Shown piece after piece: positions 1 to 11,016 of a stretch of DNA of 64,000 nucleotides. Positions within the stretch are counted from its first letter, which is position 1, and each line of letters opens with the position of its first letter. A program made the position numbers and the translations under genes. Source of the DNA: Takakia lepidozioides (lineage: Eukaryota > Plantae > Bryophyta); the NCBI GenBank assembly GCA_030704615.1, contig CM060731.1, positions 26,102,001 to 26,166,000 on the forward strand, written 5' to 3'. The notes under the pieces are model-generated. The model saw only the letters and a program-made list of their open reading frames with translations. It made no database searches and was not told the DNA's origin.

Positions 1-151
1 CTCGATAGATCAAGAGGCCGGGTGCAAGAGTTGCCCCATCATTAGTCGCCGTCTTGCAACCTGTGAACTTGAGCTTGGGATCTCATGTATTGACTCCTAT
101 GAGCTTGGCCTCCCATGTCTTGTTAGCTGCCTCCAGTCATGTCCACTGCCA

Positions 152-540
152 CTATCCCAAGCAGTGTGGACACAACCAATCTCCGTCAGGAACCTTCTCA
201 AGAGGTGGTGTCAAGCATTCCCATATGCCAACCCCTTGAGCATCGATCACACACCAGCATGGTGGCTGCCCCTTTGGCAGACCCACAAGCATGCACCTCA
301 AACCTGCAGGTACCACTGCCAAGTTTGGGTCAACTCTGCCATCGACATTGGGAAGGTGACATGGCGCACAATTACGCACATGGTCCTTCCAAGTCATGCC
401 ATCCCGACCCTCCAAGATCAGGACCCCTGAGGGCAACACCTCTCAAACCCTCAGAATAACACGCCCTGCAGTAAACAACAAATGCCCCAGGGATGCCGCA
501 CTAACCGTGCACGCTGTGTGGGGTGAGGCACAATCCTCAC
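152..540 (-). pseudogene. Integrase remnant (core deleted) with C-terminal PHD finger
   Basis: VRIVPHPTQRARLVRH (start of the integrase Zn domain) joins almost directly to the C-terminal RVILRV.EVLPSGVLILEG. The PHD reads across a frameshift as C..CGSAKGAATMLVCDRCSRGWHM.CLTPPLEKVPDGDWLCPHC. Confidence 0.82.
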
Positions 541-1475
541 CCGACCATCTCCCACACTCGAAGTAGGTGTATCCCCTCCCATTGAACCTCTTGGCTCGTT
601 GCAGGATCCGATCCCTCCCCTGCAGTCACAATGGCTGCCGTGTCTCCCGTGCGGAGGTAGTCCAACACAGCCGAATCCTCATGTATATCTCTGGCACCAC
701 CTAGCTCATCACTAGCCTCAGGGTCCTCAGACACTCCGTCTACAGTCATCCCTGTTGTAGGTCCAATCTGACCTCCCGATGCCAAGATACACAAAAATGC
801 AGATGCGTGCCATCCCGGCACCATCTCCTCGTCCGTCTCACCATGCCACCGAGCTCCAGTGTCATCCTGCTGGCTCATGCATGGATTGCGACTCAATCCA
901 TCCGCATCCCGATTGACCAAACCCGGTCGATGCACAACCTGAAAGTCATACTCCTGGAGTATAAGTGCCCACCGTGCAAGCTTCCCCGTAAGCTTGTCTG
1001 ACTCCATCAACCACTTGAGTGGCTGGTGATCCGTGACAAGGGTGAAAAGATTGCCGTATAGATAGCACCTGAAGTGTGCCACGGCCCACACTGCAGCTAA
1101 GCACTCTCCCTCATATGAGCTGTACTTAGCCTCTGCAGCGTTGTTCGAGCGGCTAGCGTAAGCCACTACGAACTCTCTTCCCTCATCATCCACCTGTGTG
1201 AGCACCGCTCCAAGCCCCAGCATGCTCCAATCCGTATGCAGCTGAAAGGGACGCCCCCTGATAGGTCGTCTCAAGATAGGCGCCGAGGTCAACCTCGCCT
1301 TGAGCTCTTGAAAAGCTCGTTCCTGCTCATCTTCCCACTGCCACTCCTGGTCCACCTTGGTCAGCTTGGTTAGAGCCTTTGCAATGGTACTAAATCCCTT
1401 GACAAACCGTCTATAATAGTTTGCCAACCCCATGAAAGCTCGAACTCGGCTCACCGTGGCGTGGAATTTGTGCAA
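537..1475 (-). pseudogene. RT thumb/connection + RNase H of gypsy pol
   Basis: VRAFMGLANYYRRFVKGFS, LHTDWS..GLGAVL, YSSYEGECLA, TDHQPLKWL, NRDADGLSR. Confidence 0.93.
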
Positions 1476-2214
1476 TGGCCTCTACCTTAGTCTGCTGTAC
1501 CCCCAATCCTCCAGGATATATCATGTGACCCAGATACTCAATCTGGTTGTGGAAAAACTTGCACTTCCCCGGATGCAACTTCAATCCGTGCGCTCTCAAG
1601 CGCTCCAATACCACCTGAAGGTGTCTCTCATGCTCCTCCATCGTAACACTAAAGATGATGATGTCATCTATGTAGCACCGAGCAAAGTCCACCCCTGCTA
1701 GAATCCTATCCATGACTCTCTGAAACTCTGCAGGAGCATTCTTAAGCCCAAATGGTAAGAACCGCCACTGATATAGGCAATCCTTGCCGTGCTCATTGAT
1801 CCCCCAGAATGCCGTCTTCTGCTTGTCCGCCTCCTTGATTGGCAACTGGTGATATCCGGATCGTAAATCCAAAGTGCTAAAGGCCTTAGCATGCCCGATG
1901 GCATCAAAGATCTCCTCTGGTGTTGGCATGGCATACTTATCGGACTTGGTCTGACGATTTACAGGCCGGTAATCACCGCACATACGTCTCTCCGTCCAAT
2001 TGCCATAGACATCCTTCTTGGCTGGCATCACTGTGGCTGAAGCATACTCTCCACCAGAGAGCTCCACCAAACCTGCCTCCCAGAGATCTTGAGTCCTCAT
2101 CTGAATCAAAGACCTCTCCATGTCACTGTATCTATAGGGTCTCCGAAAGATTGGCGTGTCAGTGGCCAACTCAATACGGATCTCTTGACCCTTCAGTGCT
2201 CCCAAGTCCTTCAA
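1411..2214 (-). pseudogene. Ty3/gypsy reverse transcriptase
   Basis: RMCGDYRPVN, LDLRSGYHQ, LPFGLKNAPAEFQR, YIDD, LHPGKC, YLGH. Confidence 0.95.
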
Positions 2215-2679
2215 ACTGAAGGCAAAGCAATTCCTGTAAGCCCTCAGGAACCGCCGTATACGTCGTCTCTCTCCTCCGGTGACAATGGGTCCAATGTCAG
2301 GCTCCCAATTGTCCTCCGTAACTACAACCTTAAGTCCAGTGGGCTTAGAGGTAGAGGACGCGTCCCGTGGTTGCTATGCTGCAACCTCTTGAGCAGTACT
2401 CCCTGCCTGCTCAGTCAATGACAAGGCCTCATCCTGCCCCATCATCTCATCCTTGAGGACCTCCTCAACCCGAGAAGAATCCCCAACCTCATCCATCACA
2501 GCCGCCTTGGCTGCCAACTCCCTCTGAACCTCGAGCACCTCCCACGTGTGCCATGGATGCATGCACCCCGTGGTCCTCACATGCTCGCCCCCACTCACTG
2601 CCTGTACCGTCTCGGTAGGCAGAGAGACCATTGAGGGAAGTGTATCCGCACTCTGCGTTGCTCAGCCAGAGCCAAGCTG

Positions 2680-3625
2680 ATAATCCAGGTCAAGCAATTG
2701 AGATCCATTGCTTGCCCCAACACTTGACGACGTGATGCCTCAGAAAGAGACGACACCGCCGTGGTACCAGTGGTAAAACCCATTGCCCGCTCACGCTCGT
2801 CAGCATTAGGCTCCACTAACTGCTGCAACTGAGCATCCCACAGGAGGCCAGGTCCACTATCCCGGAAAGCATGCGATCCTGGGAAGCTGAGCAGTGTAGG
2901 TAATGCTGCTCGTGGTTGACCCACCTTGTTGACCACTGCCAAAGGCGAACGGTCATCGTGTCTCACACGTGAGACTGCCTCCCTGTGTCCAGAATGTTAT
3001 CCACTGTGAGATGTGCTGGCCGCTGCACCCCATCAAATGCACGCTTGAGCAGTGCGGGTGGCATCAAGTTAGTCCACCATAGCCGTGGACGATGAGCCCG
3101 TGACCCCACTGTAGCTGCATCTAGCAACACTGCTGACCCAAGCCACGACCGGACTTGATGCACACTGGCCATCACCCTGGCCCGAGAATCGCCCATCAGT
3201 GGCACATTCTCAAGATGTATGCTGGAGATACAGCTTGATGAAGCTGCAAGTGGCGCAAAACCCGCACCATCTCCCAAAACACCCGACCTCGAGTCTCGCA
3301 ATCCATTGCCATGCCCGGCTGATGAATGCCCTTGGCAGGGCCAACCTGCCACTACCAGATCAATGGAGCCAACCCGCTCCAAATCCTGCGCCCCCAGCAA
3401 CGAAATGTCTGCTGGCAAGGCCTGCTGATATCCACGAATTGCAGACACCGACAACAACTCAGGGTACCGCTGCACCAACTGAGCAACATGGCGAAGTGAA
3501 ACGCGTCGTGCAGTCTCATCCCTCTCCACATACAGGTAACGCCGAACTCGTACACCTGCCTGTAACACAGCAGCCAATCCGGTGCTGATCCCGCCAAACA
3601 AGTCCAGAAGACAAATGCCTTCATC
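2680..3625 (-). pseudogene. C5-cytosine DNA methyltransferase domain embedded in pol
   Basis: Motif I LLDLFGGIS, II YVERD, III DI, IV DLVVAGWPCQ (catalytic Cys ~3336), VI LENV (~3204-3212), VIII AHRPRLWW, IX ERERAMGF and X LGQAM, all in canonical order. Frameshifts lie between IV and VI and near 2965. Confidence 0.92.
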
Positions 3626-3978
3626 CGGATACTGCCACACAATAGGTGTGGTGTCCAATGGAGACAATTGAGGTGGTCCTGGTGCAATCCCCACACTCTC
3701 CTCCTCTCCTGACGGTACAAAAGCCTCCACCCAGGCTTGTTGCACCCGTCGATCAGCATCCCGCTGCAAATCCTTGCTCGTGCCCCACAATGGAGTCTGA
3801 GCAACCATGGTAGGCAACTCCGCCATACCATACATGTCATCCTGCTCTCCCGGAGGTGGTACATCCTCTGAATGAGCATTGCCCTCAAGCAACTCTCTAG
3901 GCCAACTCACTGCCGCTGTGAATGCTGCTAGTGTCGGCATCTTGCCTCGCTGGGCAACCGCAACTCCTCCTATGAACG

Positions 3979-4368
3979 TCACAGGGAGCTGCACACGCCG
4001 GCCCTCCCCTGACTGCCATGCAGGCCTATAGGAGACTCCTCCCAAAAATCCAGGGTGAAGCCCATGGGGTACAACACTGCCCCACCAACCAGGACATCGT
4101 ATGAGACTGCGTCTGTCACAATGGCCTTGGCTCGCATCACTGAGCCATCTGTAGGGTGATCCGGCCGTAGTCTGATAGCCAACTCACGCCGTGTCATGCC
4201 CCGAGCCTGCTCCGATCCTCCCAGAGACGTCTGTATCTGGAAAGGACAAGGCTCCATATCCGCCTCCGTGAGGCCCAAGCCTGCAATAGCAGCTCTGCCC
4301 AGCATCAATGGCTGAGCTCCCGAGTCCAACAAGACCCAGTGGCCGGTACCTCTTGCCTGCCGGTCCAC
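3979..4368 (-). pseudogene. Retroviral-type aspartic protease domain of pol
   Basis: VLLDSGAQPLML (D-S-G active site) and C-terminal YDVLVGGAVL. Confidence 0.85.
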
Positions 4369-4637
4369 TCAAACAGAAAATGCCATCCTGGTTGTCTAAC
4401 ATGACAACTCCAGGTGTCACCATGGCGCGCTCAATGGCTGGCCTAGCTGGCAGCTCCATCAACCTGGCAGCTGCAGCTTGCCATGGCGCCGCCGTGGCAG
4501 TCTTGACCCTCAAATCCGAGGATCCCTCCGGCACTACACCTCCCACTATCTCCGCAGAAGATGAAGTAACCTCCCACTCTCACAGAGTGTAGCTGCCAGC
4601 CTGAACACCTCAGCTGGTCTTACCCCCGGCGTCGCAA

Positions 4638-6341
4638 TCATGGTAGCCGAGAACACACAGATGTGGCCGCTCCTAGCAGCACACTAGCTGCCGTAGCCTT
4701 GGCAACACTAGGTAGTGGTGCTACCCGTGTAGCTCTCCCCAATGGCATAGTAACCTCCGCCTCGGTAACAGTCGGGCGAGAACTAGGTGCCATGGATGGC
4801 GTCGACACTGTCTCCGCCAATGTGAATGACTGAGGAAGCCTAGCCTGACGGCTTGCCTCCCCACGCTGTGGATCCAACTCCACCTCTGCACCTCGTGGCT
4901 CAGGAACTCGTGCTGCTCCTCGAGTCACGGCTGCAGCAGACTCCACCTGCACTAGTGGTAGTGCTGCTCCACACATGAATCCCATGCCTCCCATATCTCC
5001 TCCCTCAGGAGCAGGAGGTGGACCATCCGGCCTTAGAGCCGGTACCACCTGAGCTGTAGCCATGGCAGCGAGCCTCTGCTCTAGCTGCTGAAGCCGGTTG
5101 GCCATGCCTTGGTCAACACCCTGACCTCCGCGTCCTTGGCCACGTTGAGCTTGCCCTTGGCCTGTGGCTGGCCACCTCGTCCTCTCTGGGCTGCTCCACC
5201 TCGCCCCCGGCCACCATTGTTCCCTTGGAACTGGCCTGGGCGCAACTCAGGATGCAAACCATAACACTGGGCCTCTCCATGCCCGTGTTTTGCCACAATG
5301 CCCCACTGTAACTGTGCAGGCTGTGCATGTGCCGGCCCTTTGCCTCCCTCTGGACAATCCTTCTTGACATGGGGTCCTCCACATGTCCAGCACACCACAT
5401 CCGCCCGTTGTTGGCCAGCAAATGAAGGGAGAGACCCCTGCATCTGAGGTCCTCTCTGCCCTTCCCTGAGCTTCACCTGAGCCCCCTTGTTGCCTTGAGC
5501 ACGTTGAGGTAGTGGTTGGCTAGGAGCCACTACCCCGTGGTGTCTCCTTAGCAAATCCCACCATGACCACTCGTTCCTCCACCATGTTGAGCTCTATCCG
5601 CTCTGCCAGCAAAAACACATTTGCTAAGGTGGGTTGGGCCGCTTGTAGGAGAGTTGCATCCCGCACCCCTTCTCCTCAGCTCCTTGTCCAATATCCCATA
5701 CCAGAATTGGACTGCCTGAGCTTCCGTAACCCCTTGGGTTACATTTATCAAGCGCCTCATGCGAGTGAAAGCCTCCCTCAAGCTCTCGGTCGGCTTCCGT
5801 TGGAACTCTTGCAAGCTCCGCAACTTCTCTGTCCTCACCCCTTGGTAGTTCCCTCTCAACTCTTCGAAGAACTCCACAACAGGGTTGAAGGCAGGCACGG
5901 GTGCTAGTGCTGGTGCGGTAGTGGCTTGGGTGGACGTCGTAGCTACTGTACCACCAGTCCCACTGCTGCTTGCTGAAGCTGCCGGTGCAGCGGCAGGTGT
6001 AGCCACTGCCCTCGTGGCTCTAGTGCCCCTAGTGATGGAGACATAGTCGGGTGACCAGTACATCTCCACTCCTCGATCTCAACCTCATGCCCCCGCCTGA
6101 ACTCATGGTAATCATCCATAGGCGGCCCCTCAAGGTGCTGAAACAGCCCCTTCCATGCCATGAAAGGCGTAAATAGTTGTGGATTGCGCATTTGCTGCAA
6201 ATCACACCAACTATCAAACTCTTGGATAAAATCATCCAACTCGATGGTGCCCACCGCCCCAGAGTACCTTCGTGGCCCCTTGGTAGCTCCATACATCTCC
6301 TCCATTGTGTCCCACAACAATGGCAAAGAAACAACTTGCAC
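4638..6341 (-). pseudogene. Retrotransposon Gag with zinc knuckle(s), frameshifted
   Basis: YSGAVGTIELDDFIQEFDSWC... and FFEELRGNY...LQEFQRKPTESLREAFTRMRRL (retrotransposon gag pattern). CWTCGGPHVKKDC is a CCHC knuckle. Split across ORFs 5943-6341, 5548-6069, 5081-5554 and 4638-5105. Confidence 0.8.
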
Positions 6342-7177
6342 CGCCGGTATGAGTCCTCCGATTCACAATCCGAATCAGAACCTTCCGTAGAAGACACAGG
6401 AGGTGAAGGTGGCCTAAACCGCACACCTCGTCTCGTGTACCCACTAGTATCGCTAGTGCTCGAACCGGCACTGTCCCCAGCAACTAGTGGCACCTCCGTG
6501 TTGACACTCAACCGGTCATGAACATCCCTAACCCCCTCTCCACAAGGTAACCGGGTAGAGAACCTGTTGCGGCTTATGGTTTGGAATACTAAGTTCCTAA
6601 CATAGCCTACACCTGTACCTGCATCCACCGCAAGCACTCCTATGGTTGGCTGGTCATCACCTCCAACCTCACCACAGGAGAAACAATGATGGTCTGGCTG
6701 GTCATCACCCCAGCCTCACCATCGACAGCATGCTCTAGGACTGGCCGGTGATCAAATCCGGACCAATCACCTATAAAAACAAGCGCCCACACAAAACTAG
6801 CATGGCGCACAGTCAAGCATGCAGGTATGGAGGGGATCCAAACACAAGAAATCAGAACGACAACTCCCCACACCAAAAACAACTCCACGGTGTTGCTCCT
6901 GCAAGGACACCCCAGCCCAAACCCGGACTGACTCTTGCCTCCACCTACGGAAAGGTCTTGGCCTAATGAGAGGGTGGAAACTACGAGGAAGAGAAGCTAA
7001 AGCAATGCCTAACCCCAGCATGCTCTCATCCCAACACTCTCCTCTCCTCTCTCCCTCACTTGCATGACCATGGGAATATCATGAAGATACTCCTCAAACC
7101 GCCCTCCACGAGCTTCAAAATTCGGCCTTCCAGACCACATGCCAGTCCTTAGGCAGTCCACCAGTGCCTCCACGAGT

Positions 7178-7935
7178 CAGCACAGGCCGTCCACAGGTCA
7201 ACACGGGCCACCACAGACCAGCACAGGCCCACACAGCTCACTGGTCACAGCCGTCACAGTCCCACAGGCCACTGGGCACAGCCTGTCAGCCTCACAACAG
7301 TCACAGTCACAGGCCTGTCACAGCCCCTCAGCCCAGCCAACTCACAATTCACAAGGCCTCAAAGGCCTCAGGCACACACAGCCCCTCACAGCCCCAAAGG
7401 CCATGGGCACGCCTGTCACAGCCCCAATTGTCACAGCCGCCCATCACAGTCACAGGCCCGCCCACAACAGCCGCCCGTCACAGCCCAAAGGGCACGGCCT
7501 GTCACAGCCCCTCACACCCGTCACAGCCTCACCCTGTCACAGCCCATTCACAGCCCCTCACAGCCCGTCACTGGGCACACAGCCCCTCACAGCCAACAGC
7601 CCAAGCCCTCACAGCCCGTCACAGCCCAAAGGCCTCACACGGCCTGTCACAGCCTCACTAATGTCACAGCTTCACAGCCTGGCACAGCCCGTCGCCCCAC
7701 AGTGGCCCATCACAGCCCGCCTGTCACAGCCCACAGCCACCACAGCCTGTCACAGCAAGCCTTCACAAGGCCCGTCACATTTGTCACAGCCACAACACAG
7801 CCCCTGTCACAGCCCGTTCACAACTTGTCACAGCCCTCACAGCCCGGGCCCACGGCCTGTCACAGCCACAGGCCCTTTAGCCCGTTTCACAGGGGTTTTG
7901 GCCGGGCATTTGGGCTCACAAGGTGCCACAGCCGC
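7178..7935. repeat. Degenerate minisatellite of (GT)CACAGCC units in the retrotransposon 5' non-coding region
   Basis: Dozens of TCACAGCC/CACAGCC/CACAGGCC units with short variable spacers. The low-complexity ORFs here are artefacts of the repeat. Confidence 0.9.
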
Positions 7936-8399
7936 CTATTTAGCCATTTCTCCAAGGGGTTTAGCCACGCCAAGCTAGGGTTTGTGTCTCTTGGACTCTA
8001 GGCTTCTTTCCACCGAGCTATGGTGGCTGTGAGGAAATCAGCAAGGTATCCTTGCTCTTTCGGCTCCCACACACCACCATAGTAGCCCTAAGCCATGAGG
8101 TGGTTGCCACAAACCAAGCCTTCTTTCTCACTTAGCCCCAAACACGCCACTAAACTCAATGGCAAACAACCAAGCCCTGCTGGTTCCCAGCCCTTGTGAG
8201 CACTCATTCAAGCACTCTCATTGGCCATAGCATCTGTCTTAGAGCCTATTCCAGCCCTCTACACCTGTTGCTTCAAGAGTTGCGCTCCCTTCAAGCTTGA
8301 AGTTGAAACCCCAACTCACATAGGCCCTACAAGTGCTTTTCTTTCACTCCAAGTGGAAACCAGCCCTAGACCTTCCGTTCTAGCTCTCTAAGGCTTGAA

Positions 8400-8765
8400 A
8401 ACAAGAGCCTCAATGGGCTGAAGGCATGCTCCACATGCCCCACTCTCACCATAAGAGAATCAGCTCCTTTGCTTCATTTCTTGCACCCACAAACCTGAAA
8501 ATACAAGCTTCAGCAGGCTGAAAGCATGCTCTACATGCCCTACAGGGAAACCAGCCCCTTCCTTCCTTCCTTGCACTCCCACACCTAAAAGTGCAAGCCT
8601 TCACCAGGCTGATAGCATGCTCCACACATACATTGCCCTCACATAAGGGAAGTCAGCCCTTCCCTCTTCCTTGCTTGCCCTCCAAGCTTGAAGATGGAAG
8701 CTTCAATGAGCTGAATACATGCTCCACACATGCAACCTCTTCACACAAGAGATATCAGCCCCCTA
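8400..8765. repeat. Four ~95-100 bp diverged tandem repeats
   Basis: Core GCTGA..GCATGCTCCACA recurs near 8417, 8517, 8608 and 8710. Confidence 0.7.
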
Positions 8766-9964
8766 TCTTGGCTCCTTGGCTCCTTGATGCTCTCTAAGAC
8801 AAGACTAAGCACTCCACAGCCTTTGCCAAGCTCCTGAAACCCTAAGGCTTACATTTCCAGCCACAAGACACTTCTCTTGTGGTGCAAGAGCTCTTCTTCC
8901 AAGCTCTGAAACCCTAGGTGCACATTCCATGGCCTTGCCGCACCTCTTAGCTCCTGTTCCAGCCCTTGCCATGACAAGAGCCCTCTCAATGCTGAAGCTC
9001 GAGATTGAAACCCAATCTCACCATACTCCACAAAGTGCACTGATTTGCCCCAAGCCAAATCAGCCCTTTCGCTTGGTCTTGCAATCCTTCACACAATGAA
9101 AGCTCGCATTCCCAGTCCAGTTCTCAGCTTTGCCACCAAAGCCACTATAACCTGCTCTTGACTGGTCCTCTTCCCAATCGTGCTTGCTCATGCATGTACA
9201 CAATCTGAAACCATCAAGGTGCTCTGGAATTACCTGCAGCATGGTGCTTTCATCTCTGAAGCTGAAGATCGAATGCCAAGGTCTACCACCTCGTAACCCA
9301 CATCGCCTCCGCTTCTAACAACCAAGAGCTCCACGGTGCTCCTTGCATAACAACTTGGTTTCTCTCATTCTCAAGCAAAAACCACAAGTGCTACAACTAA
9401 CTCGTATCTAGCACTCATAGATACGAGCTGATCTTTCTCGAGTGATAAAGAAGAAGAATACAAGCACAAGCTCATCGAAGCAAAACTCATGCATATATAA
9501 CCTCATCACTCAAATACAAGTCAAGCCAAGTGCACCCCACGCCATGGGGAATCCACACTACGGCGCCATAGCTAGGCGCGGTGAGGCTCAACTCGAGAAA
9601 GATGAGCCTCCGCGCTTGCCGTGAAGATAACCACTCCAGGGCCTAAATCTGCCTTGACCCCTGGATTGACACTTGGGCCAATCCCAAATGTCATATGTAA
9701 AGCTAGCTATTTCCTAGCTAGTTTCACACTAGTGGTAAAATAACTTGACATGTGCAGTAATTTACTTCTCAACAAATTAAGTGCATGAAGAGGGCTAAGT
9801 TTACTGGAAACCCCAATCCTTCACCAGTCCTTGTGCAAGAAGACAAATGATGCCAACAAGAGCTAGTCTGTTCACTTCGGATGCATTTTACGAACGTCCT
9901 TCGATGGTTTGCAAGGACTTGCATTATGCGGAGGTTTTGCTCAATCCATTCTTGCTTGTATCGA

Positions 9965-10165
9965 GAGTGGGGCCTCTCGATACATATGGGATTGCATTCG
10001 GAGATAGATGACACTGGACGCTTGGGCCAACGATACAGACTACATTAGAGGTCGCACTTGGGCCTCGACATAGGAAACGCACTGGAGATTACATTATATA
10101 TAGGGGATTGCACTTGGGCTTATATAACACTGGACACTTGGGCCAACGGCACATGCTACCCTAGT
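9965..10165 (+). mobile_element. Helitron-like non-autonomous repeat, copy 1 (3' end)
   Basis: Internal CACTTGGGC repeats. Ends GGACACTTGGGCCAAC.GCACA.GCTACC-CTAG|T. A homologous copy at 49718-50055 has the same terminus. Confidence 0.55.
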
Positions 10166-10232
10166 AGTCTTGAAAATGACTGTGCGTGCGTCGTCTCCCT
10201 TGTGATATTGTTATTTGTAAAGACGACTCTGA

Positions 10233-10616
10233 AGATAGGTTCACACGACAAAAATCCGTCCGTCCCATCCGGACGTGGCGGCTGTAGCGGTTGTGGCGGG
10301 GCGGGGTCCACCCTTGAGGAACGTGACGGCGAGGAAGGGACGGACGGCCTGGCCACTGTAGGTACTTCCCGCTGTCCGTCGCTGTCCGTCCCATCCCTCA
10401 TTCCTTCTCCATGGCTATCATGGCTAAAACATGCCTGTAGGGTTTAGCCGGAGGGCTCTTTATGAGAGCTTCTTTTGCTAAACTTATATGTTGGATCACA
10501 TGTGTGCTATCGCAACATGTTGCACTTTCAGTCCCGTCCGTCCCCCTCCACACGTGCGGAGGGCCCACCACTATGGCTAGATGGGATGGACGGATTTTTG
10601 CCGTGTGAACCTGCCT
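10233..10616. mobile_element. PIF/Harbinger (Tourist)-like MITE
   Basis: ~35-bp TIRs (AGGTTCACACG(A/G)CAAAAATCCGTCC...), TGA duplicated at 10230-10232 and 10617-10619, internal CCGTCC repeats. Lies ~400 bp upstream of the ENR start codon. Confidence 0.8.
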
Positions 10617-11016
10617 TGAGTGAGCTTGAGAGGGACAGAAATGACTCATATTCTCATCATTACTACACCCCCCCAAAAAAAAAGAAAAAAAAGAAAAACA
10701 CAGCAACAATTTCTTCCATATGTTTGGTTGGATGACGTGGCATTCTCAGAGAGTAGTAGGACAGAGTCATATCTATGACTTGTATTCAAAGGGGAGGTCG
10801 TCGTTTCAAATCCGAACTCTAGCGGAATATTTGAATTAGAACGGACGGCGCGTGCGCAACATCGCCCGTCGACAAGCCGACGGAGCACACGAGGCAGCGC
10901 GACAAGTGTGGTTGTGTGTGAGCGTCGCCCAGCGAGCAGAGCAGAGCGGAGCTTGAAGAGAGAGAGGCAAAGAGAGTGCCGAGAGAGCCAAGCATTTGCA
11001 CGCAGGCCACGGAGGT

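Larger units (their letters stand above)
1..9610 (-). mobile_element. Ty3/gypsy LTR retrotransposon carrying a C5 DNA methyltransferase and PHD finger (degenerate; 3' end outside window, 5' boundary approximate)
   Basis: Minus-strand order is gag - CCHC knuckle - aspartic protease - C5-MTase - RT - RNase H - integrase remnant - PHD. RT-RH-INT order is gypsy-type. No second LTR is in the window, so LTR limits cannot be fixed. Confidence 0.88.

Noticed and set aside
7139-8001. 279-aa and 165-aa ORFs on the + strand
   Set aside because: They are translations of the CACAGCC minisatellite, low complexity with no domain.
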